A stretch of DNA of 64,000 bases from Octopus sinensis (GCF_006345805.1 NC_043001.1:132742001-132806000), one strand, 5' to 3'; positions 1 to 12,476 are shown, counted from the stretch's first letter. Made by a program: numbers and translations. Notes: generated by a model not told the origin, from the sequence alone.

Positions 1-15
1 AAAATCGCCAACAAT

Positions 16-84
16 TCACATGTGGTTACATTTTGGATATATATAAAGAGAGAGAGTGTATATATGTGTGTGTGTATGTGTGTA

Positions 85-125
<41 letters not shown>

Positions 126-127
126 TA

Positions 128-158
<31 letters not shown>

Positions 159-324
159 CATATATAGAGAGATAGAGAGGGAGAGAGAGAGAGAGAGTGA
201 GAAGTAGACAGAGAGAGATTGGTAGACAGGTGTATAGAGATATATACCTATGTGTGTGTATGTAAGTATATCTATTGATATGCATACATATATACACATG
301 CATGCATACATCTACATGCATGCT

Positions 325-356
<32 letters not shown>

Positions 357-450
357 ATATATATAATATATATTTAAATATGCATGTGTGCAGATGTATG
401 TTTGCATATATGTATATGTAGAGAGAGATATATATATGTGTGTGTGTATG

Positions 451-516
<66 letters not shown>

Positions 517-560
517 TGTGTGTGTGTGTGTGTATAAATAGATAGATAGATATAGATATA
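16..560. repeat. Compound microsatellite block (TA)n/(TG)n/(GA)n/(GATA)n
   Basis: Directly visible; explains the low-complexity ORFs at 16-563. Confidence 0.95.
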
Positions 561-620
561 CACAAAAGGGTGCTGAAAAATTCCTGGCTTTAAGGGTATC
601 GCAAAAGGTTGGTAGAAACT
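558..620 (+). mobile_element. Possible short mariner-type terminal fragment
   Basis: TA followed by AGGGTGCTGAAAAATTCCTGGCTTTAAGGG resembles mariner terminal repeats; no partner end found. Confidence 0.3.
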
Positions 621-1118
621 GTTAAAACTGTGACACTAGAGCAAAATGTGGTCCTCCAGCATACTGGATCCTGTTAAACCATTTGTTTCATACTAGCATG
701 GAAAACAGATGGATGATGATGAGGAGGATGAGGATAATGATGATGATGATGATGATGATGATGCATTTATCCATATATACATACATGCATACATAATCAT
801 TGCTGGAGAAAGAATCATTTGTGCATGCATGCCTGATTGTGTGTATATGTGTTACAATATTGCATTAGAAAAGAGAGAAAGTCTGTGAGAGAGTGAGAAC
901 GGGAGGAAGAGACAGAGAGAGAGAGACAGACAGAGAAAATTGGCAAAAGAGGTGAAGTGAGGTTGATGCTGATCTTCTCCTTCTTGTTTCCTTTTTTTTT
1001 TTTTTTCAAGCAAGAAAAATGATAAATTTTAATCATAGTTCTTCTAAACAGAACTGAGTTCTCATAATATTGCAAATATGATATATCACACATTTATTAA
1101 AATTTTTTTTAATTACCC

Positions 1119-1171
1119 CCAACACACATACACACACCACACACACACACACACATACACACACACACACA

Positions 1172-1212
<41 letters not shown>

Positions 1213-1245
1213 ACACACACACACACACATACACACATACATACA
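1119..1245. repeat. (CA)n microsatellite
   Basis: Directly visible. Confidence 0.95.
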
Positions 1246-2183
1246 AGCCACAACACATGACGATGTTGTGTTTCAATTCTAATTATTTCTTCCAATGTTG
1301 CCAGGATGCCAAGATAGTTTATACTGAAGAAAGTTACATAGGGTTTATTTATTTTTGTTGTTGTATTGTTGTTGTTTGTTTAATTGATATTTTGTTTACT
1401 TTTTGTAGTTAAATTTAAAAGAAAATCTGTTTTATAATTTTTTTTTAATAATATTTTTTTTATCCTTTAGGATGGATTTCATTGAAGTCCTATGCATCTC
1501 ATGTGACATTATGAGGCCTTCATGTCTGGTCATTGCCATGTCTTTTATTTTGCCTCTGTCTTTTTTCATCTTCCTCTTCATCCTCCTCTTCCTCCTTTTC
1601 TTCGTTCTGGTTCTTTTAAACCAATATCTGTATAGATTACCAAGCTAGGGAATTCTACGAATGAAACTCTGATTGGAGACACAAAGGCAACTGAAGGTGA
1701 AAGAAAGGCAATATCAGGATGGGAGAGAAAATATATAGAGGAGGGAAAGAGAGAGAGAAAGAGGGAGGAGAGAGAGAGAAAGAGGGAGGAGAGAGAGAGA
1801 CAAGGAGGCAGTAAAAGAATGAGAGAGAAAAGTGTAAAAGATAGTGAAAGAGAGAAAATGTAAGAGATAATGAAATAGGAAAGAGAAACAAAATGAGGAA
1901 GAGAGAAAGAGTAAAATAATGTCAAAGAATAAGGGAGAAAGAGAGAGGAAGTAATAGATAGAGAGAAAGAACTGAAAGGAGAGTAAATGAGTGAGAATGT
2001 TCACATAGTGGAAGGACTGTTTATGTGTATATCATAAGAAAGACTTATGAGAGAGAGAGAGAAATGGAGAGAGAGAGAGAGACAAGGACAGACAAACAGA
2101 CAAGCAGTTAAAAAGACAATAGTCAGACACAAAATAATTTCTGGTGGTATAGGTTAAAATCACAGAATTTTTTTCTGATGTTA

Positions 2184-2720
2184 TGTAGTCTGATCAATAA
2201 GTATCCGGATTGTTGCCATAGTAACAAAGCTAAAGCACACAGAGTGAAGTCACTTGGTACAGATTGACCTTGAACTCTGCTGTGCATGTGCACTAAGTTT
2301 TAATGTTCCAGCTAACTTCTACCGTCTATAGCAGTGCTTGGAAGGAAGGTGTGTAGCATGTGATCATTACATTGACAATGGGAGAGGAAGTTGAGCAGAG
2401 AAACTGCATCAAATTTTTTCTGATGTTATGTAGTCTGATCAATAAGTATCAGGATTGTTGCCATAGTAACAAAGCTAAAGCACAAAGAGTGAAGTCACTC
2501 GGTACAGATTGACCTTGAACTCTGCTGTGCATGTGCACTAAGTTTTAATGTTCTAGCTAACTTCTACCGTCTACAGCAGTGCTTGGAAGGAAGGTGTGTA
2601 GCATGTGATCATTACATTGACAATGGGAGAGGAAGCTGAGCAGAGAAACTGCATCAAATTTTGCCAAAAGCTTGGCAATACCTGGTCAAAGGCCTACACA
2701 AAGTTTTCAAAAAGTTTTCA
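2184..2720 (+). mobile_element. Mariner left end, tandemly duplicated (245-bp period), with transposase N-terminus
   Basis: TA|TGTAGTCTGATCAATAAGTATC starts at 2184 and again at 2429; the second copy reads MGEEAEQRNCIKFCQKLGNTWSKAYTK, a mariner-like N-terminus. Confidence 0.85.
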
Positions 2721-2729
2721 TCATTCTTG

Positions 2730-3300
2730 ACATAATCAAGGAGATCTTGATCTCCTTGATTGTGCAACTGAGACCCGGGTGTCTTTTTGGTCAGCTGAAA
2801 GCAGTTTTGGCACAAACTTGGCAGACACATGTCTCATACCCAAATCTTCAGTGATAATGGACTGAACTGAACCATAACTAATCTGCCCATCCTCTGATAA
2901 CTCACGGATTGGTGATTCAATGATTTTCCTTCACAGCTGCATGCACAACTGTGATGTTTTTCTCAGTTCAGCTGGTTGCGGGTCTCCCAGAACATTTGTC
3001 AATATCAACATTTTTTTGGCCATCTTGGAAATGTCTGAACCACTCATACACTTGTGAGTGGCTCCATACACTTTCTGCAACTTTGCATAGGCCTCTGAGC
3101 AGGTATCGCCATGACAACTTTTTCTGTCATAGTCAATCCGACAATCACACGCTACACACCTTCCTTCCAAGCACTGCTGTAAACAGCGTAAGTGAACTAG
3201 AATGTTAAACCTTAGTGTGCATGTACAGCGGTGTTCAAGGTCAATCTGAGCCACGTGACTTCACTCTGCATGCTTTGGTTTTGTTACTATGGCAACAGAC
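2730..3300 (-). mobile_element. Mariner left end plus degraded transposase 5' half, same family, opposite orientation
   Basis: Across frameshifts and stops it reads ...EAYAKLQKVY...EWFRHFQDG...SGRP...ITEDLGMRHVSAKFVPKLL (variant of the mariner WVPHEL motif); the leader aligns with 2190-2390. Confidence 0.9.
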
Positions 3301-3364
3301 GAGTTATATGAGATTATTAGTAGGTCATAAAAATACATATAGTTTTATAGAGCTCATCAAAATA

Positions 3365-3395
<31 letters not shown>

Positions 3396-3622
3396 GAGAA
3401 AGCAAGAGAAAGTGAGAGAGAAGAAAAGGGTGAAGAGAATTGGGAGTTATGAGGTTAAGTGGGAGAAACAGAAAAATGAAAAGTATATGCAAATGTTCAT
3501 GTATATGTGTATGTGAGTGAGTGTGAAAGCAAAATACAAGGAATGTGTATGTCAACATATGCATTCTTTTAACTTAGGAGAAATGAGTTACAAAAAGCAA
3601 AAGAAAAAGGAGAGAAAGTGTG

Positions 3623-3656
<34 letters not shown>

Positions 3657-3950
3657 AGAAAGAAAGTGAGAATATGAGGGTAAAATTTCAAAGTAACAAA
3701 AACTAAGGGAATGTGTGTGTTTGGGAGTATATCTTGCAAGAGAAAGAAATCGCAGCTGTGTGTGTATATATGTGTGCATGTGTATATATATATTACTTCC
3801 TTCCTCAGGTCCGCAATTTCCGATGGAATTCTAAGGATTTTCTTTGTGACACAAGGTATGCCTTTCATATTTCAAAGCTGGTTGGGTCTATCCCTCTCCA
3901 GGTCCAAACACAACTGATTTCTACCAGAGAGAGGGGGAGAGGAGAGAGAA

Positions 3951-4029
3951 AGAAGAAGAAGAAGAAGAAGAAGAAGAAGAAGAAGAAGAAGAAGAAGAAG
4001 AAGAAGAAGAAGAAGAAGAAGAAGAAGAA
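3951..4029. repeat. (GAA)n microsatellite, ~26 units
   Basis: Directly visible; source of the poly-K ORF 3713-4039. Confidence 0.97.
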
Positions 4030-4501
4030 TCAGCACTGATATTAAATTGACAGTTCATTTATTGATTCTAAAAGAATGGAAGGTAAAGTTACAGTGGTGG
4101 GATTTGAACTTATGGTGCAGAGAGTAGGTATGGATACTGCAAAGCATTCTAATCAAATGCTATAACGACTCTGCCAAATTGCCACCTATATATGTATGTG
4201 TGTGTGTGTGTAAGAGAGAGAAGGAGCACAAGACAGAGAGATGAAACAACAGAAGAGCGTGACAGAAACTCTAATAACAGAGGCAATTATCTTTTAAGCA
4301 AGTTTCTCAAGTCTCTTTCATCCTAATACTTAAGAGACACTACATTTCTTAACATTGTTTCAATGTTACATAACAAAACCTTCTTCAACTATATTCATGC
4401 TTTCTGGTAACCAAACAGATAAAAAATAGAGGACTATTCAAGCACAAGGATCAACAGTAACAACTAATCACTTACCTTCAAAATTGATGGCATATGCCTA
4501 A

Positions 4502-4555
<54 letters not shown>

Positions 4556-4577
4556 GTTATTATTATTATTATTATTC

Positions 4578-4785
4578 AGTAGTTTTATTTTTATATCGTG
4601 CTTTCACTTCACTACCGAGTGCAGCTCTGTGTGCCTTGGGTATGTGCTGTGATTTGATGTGATGCTCTGATGGTTATTGTATGGAAAGTGTTCTGTGTAG
4701 GATGTGTGCAGTGCCTAGTAGTGCAATTTTCTGTAAGTTATATGTGTTTGTAAGTCCTGGTGTTTTTGTTATGTATTTGTCTGAA

Positions 4786-4786
<1 letters not shown>
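4578..4786 (-). mobile_element. 3' end of an RLE-type (R4/Dong-like) non-LTR retrotransposon within a (TAA)n tract
   Basis: An alternative frame reads DKYITKTPGLTNTYNLQKIALLGTAHILHRTLSIQ*, the typical RLE-LINE C-terminus; (TTA)n on both sides (4501-4577, 4787-4838). Confidence 0.75.
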
Positions 4787-4838
<52 letters not shown>

Positions 4839-4839
<1 letters not shown>

Positions 4840-5309
4840 CTTGAGTGCTAGGGTAGTGCATGCCATCAAAATGACACTGGGGTAAAATATCTGAAGCCCA
4901 GTATACCCATCATGACTACCTGTCTGATAAGGGTACACCAAGTACAGTGCATCACAACCATATGTGCACAACATGGTGATCTCATATCAAGATAAACAGC
5001 GGGTGGCCTTGCAGGTGGGGCCCAGTTAGAATTTTCTTCAGGTCAAGTAGCCCATCCTACTCAAAAGGTCCATGAATAAGAGTTGTTTAAGGATGTTGAA
5101 CGAAACACCCATGTTTCCAGAGGTGAATTATTCAAACTGCAAAGAATTCCTCTTAACACATGGCTGTGATGCTCCCTCACTACTGCTCATGATCAGAGAT
5201 GCACATATCATCAGCCACCAAGGGATATGCTCAACTGGTTAAGATCAAACAACTGACAAGCAAATCCGTGGTATTGAGCAGAATATTTGCTGTAGTGCAC
5301 CTTTTACAC
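4839..5309. repeat. Unclassified interspersed repeat-like segment bounded by (TTA)n tracts
   Basis: Higher-GC non-coding block flanked by TTA microsatellites; class and orientation not determined. Confidence 0.35.
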
Positions 5310-5351
5310 TTATTATTATTATTATCATTATTATTATTATTATCATTATTA

Positions 5352-5400
<49 letters not shown>

Positions 5401-6984
5401 TAATAACAATAATAATAATAATAATTGAACAGTGGATTTGCAGAATTACAGTGTCAGAAAAAACTGCTTTGTGGTATTTGTGTTTGTTCTTTACATACTG
5501 AGTTCAAATTTTACCAAGGCTAACTTTCATTTTTATCCCTCTAGAATTGATAAAATAAAGTACCACTCAATTACAGGGATTTGATTTCATCAACTAAACC
5601 CAATCTCCCAAATCTCTGCCCTTGTGCTTATATATCAGAAATGATTGTTATTATGATGATCATTTGAATTAATATACTTATAACAAAATCCTCAACAAGA
5701 CAGCTTGGTTACAAGAGCAGGAATGAATAACAGGAATGGATCAAAAGAAGTGAGACATTCTTCAGTGTTACTTGTAGCCAATAAGTGATTAATGCCAAGA
5801 AATACTTCAAAATAATTATGTTTGGTTGCTTCCAAATGGAACTACAATTGCAAGTATATAAACTGCTAGAAACACTATTAGATAAATGCTAATATTTAAA
5901 CTGCTAATATTTGCAGAATCTTACAAGTGGAATAGAAAGTGCAATGTTAAAAATAAAGGGAAATTCACCAGATAGGATACTATTTTTATCATCATTCTAC
6001 AATGTTTATTGTAGATGGAATATGAAAAAATGTATATAAAAAAAAAGGAGGGGAAATGTGGAAAAGTGTAGGTGGATGGGGCAGAATGCTAAATTATTCA
6101 GAAATCAATTTTACTCTTATCTTTAATAGGAAAAGATATTTCTTACCTTCTTTTCCTCTTCCATTTTCCATTTTTTTTTTTTTGCCTGCCTTTCCCTACC
6201 AAACTTTTTGCTTTCGATTTTTCAGTTTCATTTATTTATTTATTGTTGTTTCTTTTATATTTTTTCAAATATGTTATCGAAATTTATAATGTTTGCCTTT
6301 TTTTTATGGAATAAGGTTTTAAAAAACATATTGAATCAATTATTTTAATGCCTGAATAAGATAGTCAACAATTCAGTACATTAATTCAATTTCTTCAATA
6401 GGAGTAATTATTCTATTTCAGTTATCACTTCATTTTCCTGTGCAGTGAAAACAGGCATAATGGCTTCTGCATACAATAGGATGAAATGACCTTAAATCTG
6501 TAAAGTCAAAATTTTCAAATCAAAAAGAAGCAGAGACCTGTTGACGCTAAACTTGAGAAATTTGTTTAATACAGAAGAGGAAGTAAGACAAGAAGCAATT
6601 ATTACGAAAGCCAACGAAGTACAGTTAACTAATATACAGTGTTTGGTATAATTATGTTGTGAGAAAGGTGGCTTGAAGACACGTTAGACTTTGCTAAAGA
6701 GTTAATCAATGACCAAATGATTAAAGAACAAAGCTGTTAAAGAGCCAAAGAGTTAAACATTGGTGTTCTCTATATCTCCTACATTGGAATTTCAGTGGGA
6801 AAAAACTGAGAGCTGCAGATGGCCTAGAAAAGTAGATGTTTAATACAAGTTGAATAGTCACCAATTGATATAAAGTTACTAGCCTAGTGCTGTATCTATA
6901 ACCAAGACATTTAGTTACATATGAACCAGTCCACTTTGTTAGGATATATACAGCTCATTGTTATAATCATTAGGAGTGTAGTAT

Positions 6985-7189
6985 AACCATTTGGCATATC
7001 CAGCTCAAATATACTACCTGTTTTATGTTCAAACTGACCAAATTTGACCTCTCATGCCTACCCTACAATGTCATTCTAAGAATAAACAATCAGACTCTCA
7101 AAGCTTCAAGATGATGTCTAATTAATTCAAAACAATGTGAATGAATAAGTATAACATTGGACAGAGTAATCTGAATGCCAAAAGGTTAA
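6985..7189 (+). mobile_element. piggyBac-type MITE, diverged copy
   Basis: Ends ...AATCTGAATGCCAAAAGG|TTAA; internal sequence similar to 17840-18037. Confidence 0.6.
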
Positions 7190-7270
7190 CAGATTTCTCA
7201 TGTTGTTGCTGTTTAGCCCCACATCAGTGTTGACAGAGTAGACCCATGATCAAAGGCATTTCAGCAATTG

Positions 7271-7663
7271 ATATACTCTTTTTACTCTTTTACTTGTTTC
7301 AGTCATTTGACTGCGGCCATGCTGGAGCACCGCTTTTAGTCGAGCAAATCGACCCCGGGACTTATTCTTTGTAAGCCCAGTACTTATTCTATCGGTCTCT
7401 TTCGCCGAACCGCTAAGTGACGGGGACGTAAACACACCAGCATCGGTTGTCAAGCAATGCTAGGGGGATAAACACAGACACACAAATACATATATATACA
7501 TATATACGACGGGCTTCTTTCAGTTTCCGTCAACCAAATCCACTCACAAGGCATTAGTCGGCCCTAAGCTATAGTAGAAGACACTTGTCCAAGATGCCAT
7601 GCAGTGGGTCTGAACCCGGAACCATGTGGTTCATAAGCAAGCTACTTACCACACAGCCACTCC
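7271..7663 (-). mobile_element. tRNA-derived SINE family A
   Basis: Reverse complement of the 15909-16330 copy: A/B-box head, central (TA)/(TG) tract, AAAAGAGT tail. Confidence 0.9.
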
Positions 7664-7969
7664 TATCTCTGTTTTTATTAGGGGCTGTGAATTATATCAA
7701 CTAATATGTCTTTATTTTTTAAGACAGTGAAGTATACTTTGAAGGAGATGTACTCGCTATTTCTAGCAAACTGAGTGATTTAAAGAAGGTTCCTTATTAG
7801 CTGAGAAATGGGACATTCATCCTGGTTCCCTTTTCATACTAAGCAAGCATTCTATCATTATAGTTAGCTTAACTCACAACTGATTTTCATATAGAGGTGC
7901 AAGGTCTCAGATTTGCAAGAGAGAGGTTGTAGTAAATTGAATTCACCTCAATACATGTGTAGTGACCCT

Positions 7970-8340
7970 ATAGCGGTGCGCGCTCGCGCACCGTCCATTT
8001 GTATTTCGCGCATGTTGGTGCCTTTACCAAGGCACAGAAAAGAAGGGCCCTCTCGCGCATGCGCGAACCACCGGAAGCACGACCCTGGCCAAGGCAGGGG
8101 GTCGTAGAACGTTTGACCGCTAGCAGCAGCAAGCGGCGACTTGGGACCCAGCGATTGAAGGCGGCGGTCACGATATATTTTCTCTCCGGTTGATAGCAGC
8201 AGTCGGCCGAATGCCTTTAACCAAATTGTTGCCGACCACATTCAACTTCCCTGTTCGACGCCATCTTGACCCCTTTCTGGTTTAGCGGCTGGACATTGTA
8301 AATATTACAATCTATTAACTTTCAGCCTTGCGCGCCCAGA
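7970..8340. promoter_or_regulatory. CpG-rich promoter-like island with NRF1-, ETS- and YY1-type motifs
   Basis: About 32 CpG in ~365 bp (hand count); palindrome TCGCGCATGCGCGA 8053-8066; ACCGGAAG 8070-8077; CGCCATCTTG 8259-8268; no similarity to the other repeats in the window. Confidence 0.7.
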
Positions 8341-8605
8341 ATCAAGGACATCAGATAACACAATTATTGTTATTGTTACCAAGAAAGAGAATAAAGTAGT
8401 TATATGTATATTTTACGTCTGCGTCTTGTTGTTTCTGACGGGCAGAGATTCTGGATTATTAAAGCAACGGCTAGTGATTGATTGCTTTCTTGTACCCCGA
8501 AAGTACAAGACAAGATATTCACTCGCACTCTCACAAAGTTCGTTACACATGTTTCAACCTTATTTCATCAAATCTTGGATTAAGAAGCACAATATTAAGA
8601 ATCAC

Positions 8606-8960
8606 AGGTGAAGGTATGATTAAGTGGTTAGAAGCTTGCTTCCCAACTGCAAGATTCCAGGTTCAGTCTCACTGAATAGCCCTTTGTGCATGTGTCTTCT
8701 ACTATAGTCTCAGGCCAACTAAAGCCTTATCAGTGGATCTGGTAGACGGAAACTAAAAGAAGCCCATCATAAATGTGTGTGTGTTTGAGTGCGTGTACGA
8801 GTATGTCTTTGTCCCCTACCACCACCTGAATTGGTGTTGCAGTGTTTATGTCCCCATAACTTAGAAGTTCAGTAAAAGAGAACAATAAAATAAATACTAG
8901 GCTTAAAAACAAGAAGTCCAGCAGTCAATTTGTTTGATTAAATCCCTTCAAATTGCCCCA
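8606..8960 (+). mobile_element. SINE family A, diverged
   Basis: Head with GGTTCAGTCTC B-box, GGTAGACGGAAACTAAAAGAAGCCC core. Confidence 0.8.
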
Positions 8961-9199
8961 CCACCACCACCACCACCACCACCACCAGCATTGCTGCAGT
9001 TGAGTGACTGAAACAAGTAAAAGAAAAAAAATTGACAATTCATGATTATTTCATTAACTAGCCAAACCAATTTCAATATTCTACTTATGGGGAACTACAA
9101 ATCTGTGTCACTAATCATCTTAGTTTTGAGACTCATTGGTTTGGAGTCCTGGTTCTGATTAAGATTTGAATGAGAGAACACAGCTGTAACATTCTAATA

Positions 9200-9202
<3 letters not shown>

Positions 9203-9250
<48 letters not shown>
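9203..9250. repeat. (CA)n microsatellite
   Basis: Directly visible. Confidence 0.95.
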
Positions 9251-9252
<2 letters not shown>

Positions 9253-9389
9253 CAGTCGTTGCTGATGTGTAGTGGTCACAAAATACTAACTTCCCATGAA
9301 ACATGACATAGCTGCTAAAACCATTTACAGTGTTATATGCAGGAAGGCATGTCCTAAAGACACACCAGAACCAGAAACTATTAAATAAG

Positions 9390-10410
9390 ATAAAGAATAA
9401 AAGCCCATTCCTGATGCAGTTTTGCCTTCAGAGTGTTGAGCGAAGCATGAGGAGTGCTCGAGACTCTTGTCGCCAAACTGGACCAAACAGAAAAATCCAA
9501 TGGATTCAGATCAGGACTTCTTGAGGGCCATACATCCTTGCCTATAAACAATGGAATGTTTTTCTAAATGGGGCTGTGGGATGGTGTCGAATCCTGTTTG
9601 AGACTCCAAGCTCATTTGCCTATGGAAGCAGTTTAGCTTCCAGAATGTTGCTAATGTATCGCTTGGTGTTAATTTTAACACCCAAGGACACAAAAATGAT
9701 GGGAGACCTTCCATCGGCTGCCACAGCCACCCAAACCATAGCTGACTGTGAATACGTCAGTTTGCAAGTCTACACATGATAGAGGCAGAGTCGGTCATTC
9801 TGGTTGTTTACTGCCTCTTCAATGTCAAATTTCTTTTCATCAGCGAACACTAGTTTGGGTGGCATGCCATTAAGCAATATGACACAGGACAAGATGACTT
9901 CTCTCCAGTCTTGTGGCCTTATAAACTTGTGTGAGCAGTGGATCATCTTGTAGGGGTGGGTCTTGAGATCCTCCTTCAGCACTTGATATATCGATGTACA
10001 GCTTATTTTTGCTGTGGTAGCTAGTTATCTGGTAGAATGACAAGGATTTTGCCATATCTTTTCTCTGGTATTTTTGATAAGCTGAGGGATCTGCACACTT
10101 CTTTTTCGGCCATGTCTAGGTTGATCAGTAGTGGAACCAGTCTCTTGAAATTTCTTGACAATTTTCAAGACTGTTTGGTTAGTTTTAAACTTTTTGCTAT
10201 AGCTGTATTACTTTCACCTCATTTGTGGAAGGTTATGATCATATTTTGGTCTATAGCCATTATCTAATTTATAAAGCTGAATCTATTTAGTATAAACAAA
10301 GAGAAGATACACTAAGCTTTTATAATGATGTATAATTTTCATATCTTATCACACATATTGATAGTTATCAAAGCCAAAAACTTCAGTTGCCTTAATTTCA
10401 GAACACTCCG
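9390..10410 (-). pseudogene. Decayed IS630-Tc1-mariner transposase, maT/DD37D-like, with one terminal repeat
   Basis: Starts MAIDQNMI at 10258; VLKEDLKTHPYKM; VFADEKKF...NNQNDR; QDSTPSH; WPSRSPDLNPLDFSVW; stops, frameshifts and deletions present; terminus TA|CGGAGTGTTCTGAAATTAAGGCAAC at 10410. Confidence 0.85.
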
Positions 10411-10574
10411 TATTGTATCTAATCAGTACATATTTTTGTTATTTTTCTAGAAGAGTTATACTGTTGTTGTTTAATCCTGAGTGTAGTGTCATTAAATAGC
10501 AGAGGTCTATAAGTTTGTGACCATTTCCACAGATTTCTCCAAATTAAAATTTATACATGTCAATATCAAGACAT

Positions 10575-10810
10575 TCTAAGGCAGCAATCTGCCAGAATCA
10601 TTAGCACACCAGGGGAAATGCTTAGCAGTATTTTGTCTGTCTTCATGTTCTGAGTTTCAAATTCCACTAGGGTCAATTTTGCTTTCTCATTTTTTGTGGG
10701 GGAGTCAATAAAATAAATACCAGCTGAACACCAGAGCCAATGAAATTGACTTCGCCCCTTCTCCAAAACTGCTGGCATTGTGCCAAACTTTGAAACCAAT
10801 ATTAAGACAT
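10575..10810 (+). mobile_element. SINE family C, diverged
   Basis: AGGCAGCAATCTGCCAGAATC head, GAGTTTCAAATTCC B-box; aligns with 46158-46388. Confidence 0.65.
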
Positions 10811-11597
10811 TCACCAGAAAAAGTGGGTACAAAATCTTTCAATGTTCCCCTAATGAAGGAAATTACAACTACTTTTCCACATTGGCTGCAATCAGTGGAC
10901 AGACATTTTATTAGAAATGTCAACAAATTCGATATTTTATGATGGAGGAGTGTTAGGAGGTAGTCATAACAACCACAGTAGCAAGAGAACTAAGTTTAAA
11001 ACTTGTCAAAAATCAGTTTCAACACTTTATTGTTACCCATATTTTTTGTTGATTTCACCTTTTTACCTAATGTGAGCTCCTACTGCAATGTTTTCATTTT
11101 TGTTTTGTCTTCAAAGACTTGTTTTCTAATAGTAAATAAAAGAAATTGTCCTTTTTGTGTGATTTTTAATGGAATTGGTGTTTTGCTTGTTTTGATTATG
11201 CTTCTTGTTGAGGAATACCTCATGGTCTTAGGTGAGAAACATTATTTACCTGATGTAGAAAAGATTTTCTGCTCTTATGCTTTTACATTTTATTGGAAAC
11301 TTTCTAGAAAATTCATGCTGAACCGAGAGACATGCTTTCTGCACATTATCTACTCCAAGATTTTTTAGGCTTCTTTTAAGATTTTTTTATTTTTGTCACA
11401 AGGTTCCAGTAATAACTGGTCATATCACTTTGAATCTACAAACTTGGCTAACATTTCCATGCAGTGTTTATACTCTTTTTGTGCTAGGCTCCTGCACTCA
11501 CTCAGGAGATGCTTAATATTTTCAGATCTTTTCTACACATTCTGTGTTTCTCTGCCCAAGTTCTATCATTTCCTATCAAATTCATTCCTGAGCAACT

Positions 11598-11845
11598 CAT
11601 CATCATCATCGTTTAACGTCCGTTCTCCATGCTAGCATGGGTTGGACAGTTTGACCGGGGATCTGGGAAGCCAGAAGGCTGCACCAGGCTCCAGTCTTAT
11701 CTGGCAATGTTTCTACAGCTGGATGCCCTTCCTAACGCCAACCACTCCGTGAGTGTAGTGGGTGCTTTTTACGTGCCACCCGCACAGGTGCCAGGCAAGG
11801 CTGGCAACAGCCACGGTCGGATTGGTGCATTTTACATGCCACCGG
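11598..11845 (-). mobile_element. RTE LINE 3'UTR fragment with (GAT)n tail
   Basis: (CAT)n-CGTTTAACGTCCG...CCATGCTAGCATGG...GGATGCCCTTCCTAACGCCAACC; the same 3'UTR is attached to RTE coding sequence at 26459-27795. Confidence 0.8.
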
Positions 11846-12199
11846 TTCCTTATTTCAGATTTCCACTTGTCAGTCACAACCAATATTATTTACTTTAAAA
11901 ATCCTCAGTTTGTTGCATAAACTGGTCAGGCATTTCCTTCTATTTCCAACTATTTGTCTTTTCATTCTTCTTTCTCTTTCTTCAATTCTCTCACTGTTTT
12001 AGTAACTTCACAAATGTTTCAGGCTACAGATAATATTCTTTCTTCACTGTACACAACATAGTTTTTCACACTCAATATCACAGCACTAATTGTGTCTACG
12101 ACATTTAACAAAATCTCTGTCTCCTTCCTATCTAGGTAAATGTAGCCCGTTCATATTATTTTTTGAGTGATATGCATTATAACCATTATTTTAAGATGG

Positions 12200-12430
12200 C
12201 AAACTGGTAAAGGCAGTGAGTTAGCAGAATCTTTAGCAAGCTGGGTAAAATGTTTTGTAGCATTTCATCCATCCTTATGTTCTAAGTTCAAATTTCACTG
12301 AGGTAAACTTTGGCTTTCATCCTTTTGGGGAGGAGGGGATCAATGAAATAAGTACCAGTTATACACTAGGGTCAATGTAATTGACTAGCCCCCTCCCCCA
12401 AAATTTCAGGACTTGTGCATACTGTAGAAA
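12200..12430 (+). mobile_element. SINE family C, diverged
   Basis: GTTCAAATTTCACTGAGGTAAACTTTGGCTTTCATCCTTTTGGGG core. Confidence 0.65.
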
Positions 12431-12433
12431 GGA

Positions 12434-12475
<42 letters not shown>

Positions 12476-12476
<1 letters not shown>

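Noticed and set aside
1471-1700. Possible + strand exon(s) after TATCCTTTAG or CTGTATAG
   Set aside because: Good acceptors, but no recognisable protein, early stops or weak donors, and no partner exons.
8217-8264. AAGATGGCG as a minus-strand start codon
   Set aside because: Stops after 15 codons (MASNREVECGRQQFG*) with no convincing donor; better read as a YY1-type motif.
8606-8620. AG|GTATGA splice donor for a first exon
   Set aside because: Coincides with the head of a SINE, so it is not independent evidence.
10980-12130. 121-aa ORF 11003-11368
   Set aside because: Hydrophobic T-rich translation; more likely the antisense of a decayed LINE, split by the RTE 3' insertion.
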